From Candidatus Nomurabacteria bacterium RIFCSPLOWO2_01_FULL_42_20 (GTDB taxonomy: Bacteria > Patescibacteriota > Minisyncoccia > Phycocordibacterales > CAZVEC01), in assembly GCA_001785965.1 (NCBI GenBank), contig MFVF01000030.1:1-51148 (forward strand): DNA of 51,148 nucleotides, written 5' to 3'. Below the pieces are notes generated by a model that saw only the letters and a list, made by a program, of their open reading frames with translations, was not told where the DNA came from and searched no databases. Position numbers and translations under genes: made by a program. Position 1 is the stretch's first letter; each line of letters starts with the position of its first letter. This document shows positions 1-7,387 of this stretch, in pieces.

Positions 1-15
1 GTAAAATACGATTTT

Positions 16-24
16 TGGTATATT
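16..24 (+). promoter_or_regulatory. Putative extended -10 promoter (TGgTATATT) for the tRNA-Ile locus
   Basis: TG-n-TATATT lies ~10 nt upstream of the inferred ancestral tRNA 5' end (~35). Confidence 0.4.
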
Positions 25-34
25 CTACTTGTTT

Positions 35-66
35 GCTTGCCCTTCGTAGCTTTTAAGCGAAGTAGG
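35..66 (-). repeat. ~30-bp palindromic element (CCYNCYTTCGCYAARGCTWCG..GGRCAAGC family) at the tRNA 5' end
   Basis: Reverse complement CCTACTTCGCTTAAAAGCTACGAAGGGCAAGC resembles copies at 1855, 2033, 28597, 29018 and 46649; GC duplicated at 35-36 and 67-68. Confidence 0.7.
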
Positions 67-76
67 GCGTGTGTAG

Positions 77-134
77 CCCCGACGTCATTAGAGTCGGGAT
101 CCCGACTTCCGACATTAAGGTCGGAACGTCGGGA
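77..134. repeat. Double-hairpin insertion in the tRNA D-stem (GTCGGGATCCCGAC family)
   Basis: CCCGAC..GTCGGG plus TCCCGAC..GTCGGGA; the 17-bp core at 93-109 is identical to 3519-3535. Confidence 0.85.
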
Positions 135-144
135 TTCAGTGGTA

Positions 145-210
145 CCCGCCCGCCAGCCCGACAGAGTCATTCTGGCGGGTACCGAACGTGGTTCGGCACG
201 TTCGGGCGGG
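145..210. repeat. Nested hairpin insertion at the tRNA D-loop/D-stem junction
   Basis: Termini CCCGCC/GGCGGG; internal CCGAACGTG/CACGTTCGG and CGCCAG/CTGGCG stems. Confidence 0.8.
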
Positions 211-287
211 GAACGCTGTCCTGATATCGATTACGATATATTTAGTTCGCTCGTTCATAATGAAAATAAAGCCCTAATTTTTTGCGT

Positions 288-359
288 GCGCGTGTAGTTC
301 AGTGGTAGAACGCTGTCCTGATAAGACAGAGGTCGAAGGTCCGATTCCTTCCACGCGCA
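288..359 (+). tRNA. tRNA-Ile(GAT), uninterrupted inner copy
   Basis: Acceptor GCGCGTG/CACGCGC, D-stem GTTC/GAAC, anticodon stem CTGTC/GACAG with loop CTGATAA, T-stem GAAGG/CCTTC; atypical T-loop TCCGATT; CCA not encoded. Confidence 0.93.
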
Positions 360-740
360 CGCAGAACGGTAGGCTTTATTTTCATTAGAACTCGCTGCCA
401 AATATAAGACAGAGGTCGAAGGTTCGATTCCTTCCACACGCACAAAATGGAGCAAAGCGGAATTTTGTGCGTGTGGAACAAGCCAATTGCTTGACTTGCG
501 TAAGGAATCGAAAGCCGCAGCCATGTTTTTTCAGCAGAAAAAACAGGCGAGACAGGGTCGTGAAAATTTTAAAGCGACGGCTTTAAAATTATTCCTGACC
601 GATTCCATCCGCCCGCACAAATTAATTGTATTTTATTTTAATCTTGCTTTTTTCCTTGATTTGATGTAATTTACGACAAAGGATGTCAAGCCATAGCTTG
701 ACTTAATTTGTAAACCAAAAAGAAAAAAGGAGGAAAAATC

Positions 741-1868
741 ATGACAAAAAAAATGACCTATGCCGGCGTCGGCGTGAACTACGACGCGATGGATCCGTTC
801 AAACGCGATGCGCAAGCAGTCGCAGCGACAACGGATCACTTTGTCGAGCGTTTTGGTTTCAAGGTCGTACCATGGAGCCGAGGCGAGAGCGTTTTTCTTA
901 TCGAAACGCCTTGGGGGTATCTGGGATTCGTTGTGGAGGGTCTCGGCACTAAGAATATGGTAGCCGATGACCTCTATCGGCTCGGAAAACAGGTGGAATC
1001 GCTCTTTGGTAAATCGTTCTATGATCAAGTAGCGCAATGCAATGTGGCCATGGTGGTCAATGACACGATCACGCTCGGCACACTTCCTGTTTCTCTCGGC
1101 CAGTACCTGGCCGTTGGCGACTCCGGGTGGTTCAGCGACGAGCGGCGCCGCGCTGACCTGATCGAAGGAACGCGGAAGGCCTGTGTTCTGGCACGATGCG
1201 TATGGGGCGGCGGAGAAACACCAACACTCAAAGGCATCATCATGCCTGGAACTTCAGATCTTTCGGGTGCCGCCATGGGATGGCTTGCAAAGAAGGATCG
1301 TGTTTTAGGGCCACATAAAATCCAACACGACGATGCGATCATTCTCATCGAGAGTTCTGGTATCCACGCGAACGGCCTCACGATGGCGCGGAAGATCGCT
1401 GACAAGCTGCCTGACGGCTATCTTACGCGGCTCGACGATGGGCGAACGTACGGAGAGACTCTGCTCGATCCTACGCACATTTACGTTGCACTCGTTGAGG
1501 ATTGCCTCAATCGCGGAGTGAGTATTCACTACGCGGTGAACATCACGGGCCATGGCTGGCGCAAGCTCATGCGGGCGACGCAATCGTTCGCCTACATCAT
1601 CGAGTATCTGCCAAAGCAGCTTCCGATCTTCGACTTTCTGCAGAAGCACGGCCCGGTGGACGATAAGGAAGCATATGGCAACTTCAACATGGGTGCGGGC
1701 TTCGCACTCTATGTTTCGGAAGCCGATGTGGCTACTGTTCTTGAAGTCGCTGCTTCGCACAAACTCGGCGCGCTTCGTGCCGGATACATTGAGCAAAGCA
1801 ACGAGAAGAAAGTCGTCATCCGACCGAAGGGCCTCGAATACTCCGGCTCAACGCTCCGCCTACGTTAA
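741..1868 (+). CDS. purM: Phosphoribosylformylglycinamidine cyclo-ligase (AIR synthase)
   Basis: N-terminal TYAGVGVN, EGLGTK, GGETP, SSGIHANG, NITGHG, FNMGAG motifs. Confidence 0.9.
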   Translation: MTKKMTYAGVGVNYDAMDPFKRDAQAVAATTDHFVERFGFKVVPWSRGESVFLIETPWGYLGFVVEGLGTKNMVADDLYRLGKQVESLFGKSFYDQVAQCNVAMVVNDTITLGTLPVSLGQYLAVGDSGWFSDERRRADLIEGTRKACVLARCVWGGGETPTLKGIIMPGTSDLSGAAMGWLAKKDRVLGPHKIQHDDAIILIESSGIHANGLTMARKIADKLPDGYLTRLDDGRTYGETLLDPTHIYVALVEDCLNRGVSIHYAVNITGHGWRKLMRATQSFAYIIEYLPKQLPIFDFLQKHGPVDDKEAYGNFNMGAGFALYVSEADVATVLEVAASHKLGALRAGYIEQSNEKKVVIRPKGLEYSGSTLRLR

Positions 1869-1915
1869 AACTTCGGCGGACAAATCGGTGTCCGATGACT
1901 CGCAATTTCAAATTA

Positions 1916-1957
1916 ATGGGTTCTCTGCCAGAAGGCAGTGAACCCTTTTTCTTTTTG
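1916..1957 (+). terminator. Rho-independent terminator after purM
   Basis: GGGTTC.CTGCC..GGCAG.GAACCC stem followed by T-tract. Confidence 0.65.
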
Positions 1958-2075
1958 TAAAAATACTAAAGAATTTGCCGCCATTGGACTTTGTGATTTT
2001 TGTAGTATAATTAAGTAATTAATAGATAATATCCGCCGTCGCTTGCGAAGCTATGGCGAGACAAAGTAAAAATAT

Positions 2076-2138
2076 ATGGCAAAAGGAACAGGAATGAGGA
2101 AAGAGGTAAAAAAGCCGAAGAAAAATAAGAAGAAATAG
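2076..2138 (+). CDS. Small basic peptide (20 aa, MAKGTGMRKEVKKPKKNKKK)
   Basis: Read manually; TATAAT upstream; stop codon directly abuts the helicase ATG. Confidence 0.5.
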   Translation: MAKGTGMRKEVKKPKKNKKK

Positions 2139-3761
2139 ATGACTCAATTAGAGGCACTGAATGTTTTAAAGACTGGCGCCAATGTATTTCTGACCGGCGA
2201 GCCCGGATCGGGGAAGACTTATGTTGTCAATCAATATGTGAAGTATTTGCGCGAACGAAAAATCGAGCCGGCGATTACCGCTTCGACCGGCATTGCCGCC
2301 ACGCACATCGGCGGATATACCATTCACTCTTGGAGCGGGATCGGCATTAAAAATACGCTGACGAAATATGATCTGGATAAAATTGCGCAGAGCGAATATC
2401 TCACTCGCCGGATCCGCAAAGCCAAAGTCTTGATCATTGACGAGATTTCCATGCTCCGCGCCGAGACGCTTTCCATGATTGACGCGGTTTGCCGAGAGGT
2501 GAGGCAATCAAGCGAAGCATTTGGAAATTTGCAAGTAGTTTTAGTCGGCGACTTTTTCCAGTTGCCGCCCATCAATAAGGAGAAACAGGAGAACATTCAA
2601 GTTTCTTTATTGAGTGAAAAGGAAGCTAATTTCGCGTATGAATCAGGAGCCTGGAAAAATATTAAACCGATAACCTGCTATTTGAGCGAACAGCACCGCC
2701 AGGACGACGGCCAATTCTTGGATCTCCTCTGCGCCATTCGGCGCGATACGGTAAATCAAGATCACCTAGATTGTTTGCGGTCGCGTTTTGTCGAAACTGG
2801 TCAGGAAAATATCACCAAGCTTTATTCGCACAATGCCGATGTTGACCGGGTTAATTTGGAAATGTTGGAAAAAATTGGCGAAGAAACGGTTAATTTTGAA
2901 ATGACTTCGGCCGGAGCGCCGGGACTTGTCGCGGGCTTAAAAAAAGGATGCCTCTCGCCGGAGTCGCTTGCGCTCAAAAAACGGGCGGTCGTCATGTGCA
3001 CAAAAAATAATCCGAAGGAGGGTTTTGTAAATGGCACTTTGGGTGTGGTGGCGGATTTTGACGGCTATACTAAATATCCGATTGTGAAAACTTATTCAGG
3101 GCAAACGATTAAAATCTCGCCGATGGATTGGAGCATTGAAGAGCAAGGTAAAATCAAAGCGAAAATCAGCCAAGTTCCGCTTCGGCTGGCCTGGGCGATG
3201 ACGGTTCATAAAAGCCAGGGGATGAGTTTAGATTCGGCGGTGATGGACTTGTCGGGAGTTTTTGAATACGGGCAGGGCTATGTCGCTCTCTCGCGGGTCT
3301 GCCGGCTGTCGGGACTTCATTTGCTTGGTTTGAACGACCGGGCGCTCAAAGTGCATCCGCAAATTTTTGAGCAAGATAATGTTTTTAAAAACGCTTCGGA
3401 GGAGACGCGGAAAACTTTCGGCGAATTGCCGGCCGAAGAAATGAAAAAAATGCACCGCAATTTCATTTCGGCCTTGGGCGGTAAATGGAAGGAAAAGGAA
3501 GTCCCGATGCCCGGAGGGGTCGGGATCCCGACTTCTCCCCAAAAGGAGAATGTCGGGAAAAAACCAAAAAGCAACTATCTGGAAAAAATTCGCGAAAAGC
3601 ACAAAAACGCCTACGCTCGGTGGAGAAAGGAAGAGGAGAAAGATTTAGTCCAAAATTTCAATGAAGGAAAAACAATAAAAGAAATTTCGATTTTACTCGG
3701 CCGAAAAACCGGCGGCATAAGAGCTAGGCTGGTCAAACTTGGCCTGTTGGAAGAAAATTAA
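2139..3761 (+). CDS. Pif1/RecD-like SF1B helicase with small C-terminal HTH-like domain
   Basis: GEPGSGKT, IIDEISM, GDFFQLPP, AMTVHKSQG, YVALSRV. Confidence 0.9.
   Translation: MTQLEALNVLKTGANVFLTGEPGSGKTYVVNQYVKYLRERKIEPAITASTGIAATHIGGYTIHSWSGIGIKNTLTKYDLDKIAQSEYLTRRIRKAKVLIIDEISMLRAETLSMIDAVCREVRQSSEAFGNLQVVLVGDFFQLPPINKEKQENIQVSLLSEKEANFAYESGAWKNIKPITCYLSEQHRQDDGQFLDLLCAIRRDTVNQDHLDCLRSRFVETGQENITKLYSHNADVDRVNLEMLEKIGEETVNFEMTSAGAPGLVAGLKKGCLSPESLALKKRAVVMCTKNNPKEGFVNGTLGVVADFDGYTKYPIVKTYSGQTIKISPMDWSIEEQGKIKAKISQVPLRLAWAMTVHKSQGMSLDSAVMDLSGVFEYGQGYVALSRVCRLSGLHLLGLNDRALKVHPQIFEQDNVFKNASEETRKTFGELPAEEMKKMHRNFISALGGKWKEKEVPMPGGVGIPTSPQKENVGKKPKSNYLEKIREKHKNAYARWRKEEEKDLVQNFNEGKTIKEISILLGRKTGGIRARLVKLGLLEEN
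3502..3558. repeat. In-frame double-hairpin element in the helicase linker
   Basis: Same family as 77-134 (GTCGGGATCCCGACTTC..GAAYGTCGGGA); 57 nt. Confidence 0.8.
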
Positions 3762-3784
3762 AAAGAGATGTATAATAATTAAAC

Positions 3785-3818
3785 AACATTCTCACATTCT
3801 TGAGAATGTGAGAATGTT
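3785..3818. repeat. Palindrome AACATTCTCACATTCT-TG-AGAATGTGAGAATGTT
   Basis: Perfect 16-bp arms; related to 21415-21444 and 25101-25130. Confidence 0.85.
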
Positions 3819-3825
3819 GCAAAAG

Positions 3826-4230
3826 ATGACCAAGGAAGAATTTGAAAAATTGGTGGCGGCCGCGTCGGAAGAATTACCCGAACGCATTCGGGCTAAGATT
3901 AAAAATGTCGCTTTTCTCACTGAAGATAAAATCCGCCGGCGCAAGAAAGGCGAGCTTGGACTTAAGTTGGGCGAGAGCTTGCTTGGTCTTTATGAAGGTG
4001 TGCCGAGGACGGAGCGCGGTTCCGGATATTTTGGCGTTTTGCCGGACAGGATCACGATTTTCAAAGAGCCGATTGAAGAAATTTGCGCCAGTGATCCGAA
4101 GAAGATTAGACAGCTTGTTTTTGAGGTCGTCTGGCATGAAGTCGGGCATTACTTCGGCTTTGACGAGCCATCTATCCGCAAACTGGAAAAAGAGCGTTTT
4201 TTTTCAAATAAATTCACTCATGATAAATAA
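3826..4230 (+). CDS. Zincin-like metallopeptidase family protein
   Basis: LLGLYEG, LPDRITIF, HEVGHYFG; start placed at MTKEEF. Confidence 0.85.
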   Translation: MTKEEFEKLVAAASEELPERIRAKIKNVAFLTEDKIRRRKKGELGLKLGESLLGLYEGVPRTERGSGYFGVLPDRITIFKEPIEEICASDPKKIRQLVFEVVWHEVGHYFGFDEPSIRKLEKERFFSNKFTHDK

Positions 4231-4280
4231 AATGATAGAATATGGGGGTCGGATTATTATTAGTTAATTTAAATAAAAAA

Positions 4281-4655
4281 ATGTTTTCACAATTACTTGC
4301 GTATAATGATATCGGTTTGTTTTTATTGCGCTTGGCGGTAGCGGTAATTTTTATTTACCACGCTTGGCCAAAATTAAAAAATTCCAAAGGGATGGCGGCC
4401 ATGGTCGGCATGCCCGCGGGCATGATATTTATGCTCGGCGCCGTAGAATTTTTATCATCTGTCGGACTTATTCTAGGTTTATACACCCAGCTGGCCGCGC
4501 TACTTCTAGCGATTGTCATGTTGGGCGCGATCGGTTTTAAAGTAATGAAGTGGAAGGTCTCCTTTAGCGCAACGGATAAAACCGGCTGGGAATTTGATTT
4601 AATATTGCTCGCCGCCAACATTGCCATTTTATTTTCCGGCGGCGGAGTAATATGA
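4281..4655 (+). CDS. DoxX family membrane protein
   Basis: LLRLAVAVIFIYHAWPK...GWEFDL; four hydrophobic segments. Confidence 0.85.
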   Translation: MFSQLLAYNDIGLFLLRLAVAVIFIYHAWPKLKNSKGMAAMVGMPAGMIFMLGAVEFLSSVGLILGLYTQLAALLLAIVMLGAIGFKVMKWKVSFSATDKTGWEFDLILLAANIAILFSGGGVI

Positions 4656-4670
4656 TCTATCCGATGAACT

Positions 4671-5030
4671 ATGAATCTAAAAGAATTAACTGCGGAAGAA
4701 AAGAGAGTGATTGAGGAGAAGGGGACGGAAGCGCCTTTTTCGGGCGAGTATGAAAATTTTTGGGAAAAAGGAATTTATGTCTGCAAACACTGCGGCGCGC
4801 CGCTATACCACTCGGAAAATAAATTTGACGCCAAGTGCGGCTGGCCGAGCTTTGATGATGAGATTGCAGATGCCGTGAAAAGAACGCCTGATCCGGATAA
4901 TCAGCGTACGGAAATCACTTGCGCCAAATGCGGGGCGCATTTAGGTCACATTTTCCAAGGCGAGGAATTGACTCCGAAAAACATCCGCCACTGCGTGAAT
5001 TCTATTTCCCTAAAATTCAAACCCAATTAA
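4671..5030 (+). CDS. msrB: Methionine-R-sulfoxide reductase
   Basis: GTEAPF, two CxxC, GWPSF, HLGH, RHCVNS. Confidence 0.95.
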   Translation: MNLKELTAEEKRVIEEKGTEAPFSGEYENFWEKGIYVCKHCGAPLYHSENKFDAKCGWPSFDDEIADAVKRTPDPDNQRTEITCAKCGAHLGHIFQGEELTPKNIRHCVNSISLKFKPN

Positions 5031-5220
5031 ACCACCCAAATAACACCCTTACAAACTCCAGTTTGTTGGTATGTTTTAAATTAGTCTTGTTAGACGGATT
5101 TTGAAAAAATAAGAAGAAGTAGTTTTACTTTGAATAAAACTATTTATATGTTACAATAAGACCGTGCTAAGAAGAAATTTAGTCGAGTTTCTTGGTATAA
5201 AAATAATAAAAAACAATCAC

Positions 5221-5421
5221 ATGAAAGGAACTATTAAAACTCTTGTGGTAGGAAAACCTTTTGGATTCATTTCTCGAGAAGGTGAAACAAAGGATCTTTT
5301 TTTTCACGAGAGTGAACTGAAAAGTGTGACATTGGACGAATTGAAAGTTGGCGATGTTGTCACTTTTGAAGTTGGCCAGGGAGACAAAGGCCCATTTGCC
5401 CAAAACGTATCACGCGCCTAA
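5221..5421 (+). CDS. Cold-shock domain protein
   Basis: FGFI (RNP1), DLFFH (RNP2), KGPFAQNV. Confidence 0.9.
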   Translation: MKGTIKTLVVGKPFGFISREGETKDLFFHESELKSVTLDELKVGDVVTFEVGQGDKGPFAQNVSRA

Positions 5422-5443
5422 GCCGTCTACAGGTGCCTCACGA

Positions 5444-5487
5444 AGAAAAAACCACCCCGAGCGTAGTCGAGGGGTGGTTTTTTCTTT
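5444..5487 (+). terminator. Bidirectional-type terminator containing a CCCCGAGCGTAGTCGAGGGG element
   Basis: AAAAAACCACCCC...GGGGTGGTTTTTT inverted repeat. Confidence 0.7.
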
Positions 5488-5513
5488 AATAGTGTAGACT
5501 CATCCTTTTTATA

Positions 5514-7010
5514 ATGATAGAGTTATTTCTCATGGCAAAAGATGAAACAATTCTTCGATTCGATAAAGTGTCGTTTGAATATGGCCACAATAAACCCATC
5601 CTAGATGAAGTTAGTTTTCCGCTTCGCCGATGTTCGAAGGTAACCATCATGGGTCAAAATGGCGCAGGAAAAAGCACGATGTTTCAGTTGATCACTGGAA
5701 CGTTAAAACCAGAATTAGGCATTATTAATATTATTCCAGGCATTACAACCGCCCTGTCTCGACAAGTTATTTCGCAGGCAGACATGCAACTTACAGTGCG
5801 TGAATTTTTAGAAAAAAGTTTCTTGAAGAAAGTGTACGATATTGACCCCAAGATTGATAAAGTGCTTGAAGTGGTAAATTTAAAAGGTCACGAAAAGCTT
5901 CATGACCGAATTCTGAAAACATTTTCCGGTGGCCAGCAGGCCCGTATATTGCTGGCTTCGGCCCTAATTGCCGAGCCGGATTTACTATTACTTGATGAGC
6001 CAACCAACAATCTCGACGCGGCTGGCATCGCTCATTTAACTAAATTCCTGATTGAATATAAGAAAACAGTCGTGGTAATTTCTCACGACGCGGATTTCCT
6101 TAATGCCTTTAGCGACAGCGTGCTCTATTTAGATATTTACACGCGCAAAGTTGAACAATATGTAGGGAACTATTCCAATGTGCTCAAAGACATTACCGCT
6201 CGGGTTGAAAAAGAAAACAGTAAAAATGCGCGCTTGGCCAAAGCGGCAATAGAGAAGAAAGAAAAAGCGAACTTCTTTGCCATGAAGGGCGGTCGCATGC
6301 GTTTGCTCGCCAAGCGCATGCGAGAAGACGCGGCCGTTATGGAAGAAGAGCAGGTTGATGTACGCAAGGAAGATAAAACAATCAGGTCTTTTACGATTCC
6401 GTGTCAGACTGACCTCGTCGGAGAAATTATTTCGATTACTTCATTTACGACGATGAACTCAAAAACAGGCAAGGTTATAAAACATAAAGCGGAAATTAAA
6501 CTCAAAAAAAATCAGCATTTACTTTTGAAAGGCCCAAATGGCATCGGCAAGAGCGCTTTACTTGAACACCTGGCAAATAATACAGCTCCCGGGGCAAAAA
6601 TTTTAGAAGGCATTCGCGTCGGGTATTATCGTCAGGATTTCTCGACATTAAACTTTGAAGATACTGTCTATGCTTCACTGGCAAGCGCGATGCTTTCAGG
6701 CGGAATACCATTAAATGAAGAGCGCTTACGAGCAACGGCGGCAAGTTTTCTCATCACCGGAGATGTTATCCACACAAAGATCGGATCTCTTTCGGAAGGA
6801 CAAAAGGGTCTTGTTGCTTTTGCGCGTTTGGTGCTTGAACGTCCAGGGCTGCTCATTTTTGATGAACCAACGAATCATATTAACTTTCGCCATATTCCAG
6901 TCATTGCCGAAGCCCTCAATAAATATCAAGGCGCGCTCGTTCTCGTCTCCCATGTCCCCGAATTCATTAAAAAGATCCGCATTGATGAAGTGCTTGATCT
7001 GGAAAAGTAA
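5514..7010 (+). CDS. ABC-F family ATPase
   Basis: Two ABC domains (GQNGAGKS, FSGGQ, LLLDEPTNNLD; GPNGIGKS, LSEGQ, FDEPTNH), no TM segments; start may be 5532. Confidence 0.9.
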   Translation: MIELFLMAKDETILRFDKVSFEYGHNKPILDEVSFPLRRCSKVTIMGQNGAGKSTMFQLITGTLKPELGIINIIPGITTALSRQVISQADMQLTVREFLEKSFLKKVYDIDPKIDKVLEVVNLKGHEKLHDRILKTFSGGQQARILLASALIAEPDLLLLDEPTNNLDAAGIAHLTKFLIEYKKTVVVISHDADFLNAFSDSVLYLDIYTRKVEQYVGNYSNVLKDITARVEKENSKNARLAKAAIEKKEKANFFAMKGGRMRLLAKRMREDAAVMEEEQVDVRKEDKTIRSFTIPCQTDLVGEIISITSFTTMNSKTGKVIKHKAEIKLKKNQHLLLKGPNGIGKSALLEHLANNTAPGAKILEGIRVGYYRQDFSTLNFEDTVYASLASAMLSGGIPLNEERLRATAASFLITGDVIHTKIGSLSEGQKGLVAFARLVLERPGLLIFDEPTNHINFRHIPVIAEALNKYQGALVLVSHVPEFIKKIRIDEVLDLEK

Positions 7011-7061
7011 AAACTTTTAGTTGTTTTTAGATTGTTTTTGTGATTTAATTATCATTCTGTT

Positions 7062-7387
7062 ATGGATCCCGTAGTAGAATTTTGATTCGATTATGTTCTA
7101 TACCTATGTTTTACAAAGTAAAATGAATAATCAGCTATATATTGGATATACAGCTGATTTAAAACGCAGATTATCAGAACATAATCAAGGGTTAAATTTT
7201 TCTACAAAGAGATACATGCCTTGGCAATTAATTTATTACGAAGCTTCGGTAGAAGAGAGTGACGCCAAACGAAGAGAGAAGTATCTAAAAACAACTCAAG
7301 GTGGTAGATTACTAAAGCGGAGAATAAAGGATTATTTATATAAAAGTCGAAAAATTTAACCAAATCAAAATTTCACTACAGGATGGA
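7062..7387 (+). mobile_element. GIY-YIG cassette bounded by 24-bp imperfect inverted repeats and a 5-bp ATGGA duplication
   Basis: IR-L 7066-7089 ATCCCGTAGTAGAATTTTGATTCG versus reverse complement of IR-R 7361-7384 (20/24 match); ATGGA at 7062-7066 and 7383-7387. Confidence 0.7.
7093..7359 (+). CDS. Standalone GIY-YIG nuclease family protein
   Basis: FYTYVLQS..LYIGYT.DLKRRLSEHN..AKRREKYLK. Confidence 0.92.
   Translation: MFYTYVLQSKMNNQLYIGYTADLKRRLSEHNQGLNFSTKRYMPWQLIYYEASVEESDAKRREKYLKTTQGGRLLKRRIKDYLYKSRKI

Larger units (their letters stand above)
67..442 (+). tRNA. Interrupted (outer) tRNA-Ile(GAT) in four exons: 67-76, 135-144, 211-226, 407-442
   Basis: Joined exons give GCGTGTG TA GTTC AGTGGTA GAAC G CTGTC CTGATAA GACAG AGGTC GAAGG TTCGATT CCTTC CACACGC A, a fully paired 72-nt cloverleaf. 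Confidence 0.85.

Noticed and set aside
227..406. Group I intron in tRNA-Ile
   Set aside because: No terminal G or recognisable P7 core; the sequence is explained by a simple hairpin plus a tRNA.
288..442. Prophage or ICE attL/attR duplication of the tRNA 3' end
   Set aside because: The second 3' half pairs with its own upstream 5' exon (compensatory acceptor change), and there is no integrase in the window.
37..669. Short ORFs over the tRNA locus
   Set aside because: They are translations of tRNA and hairpin sequence with no protein features.
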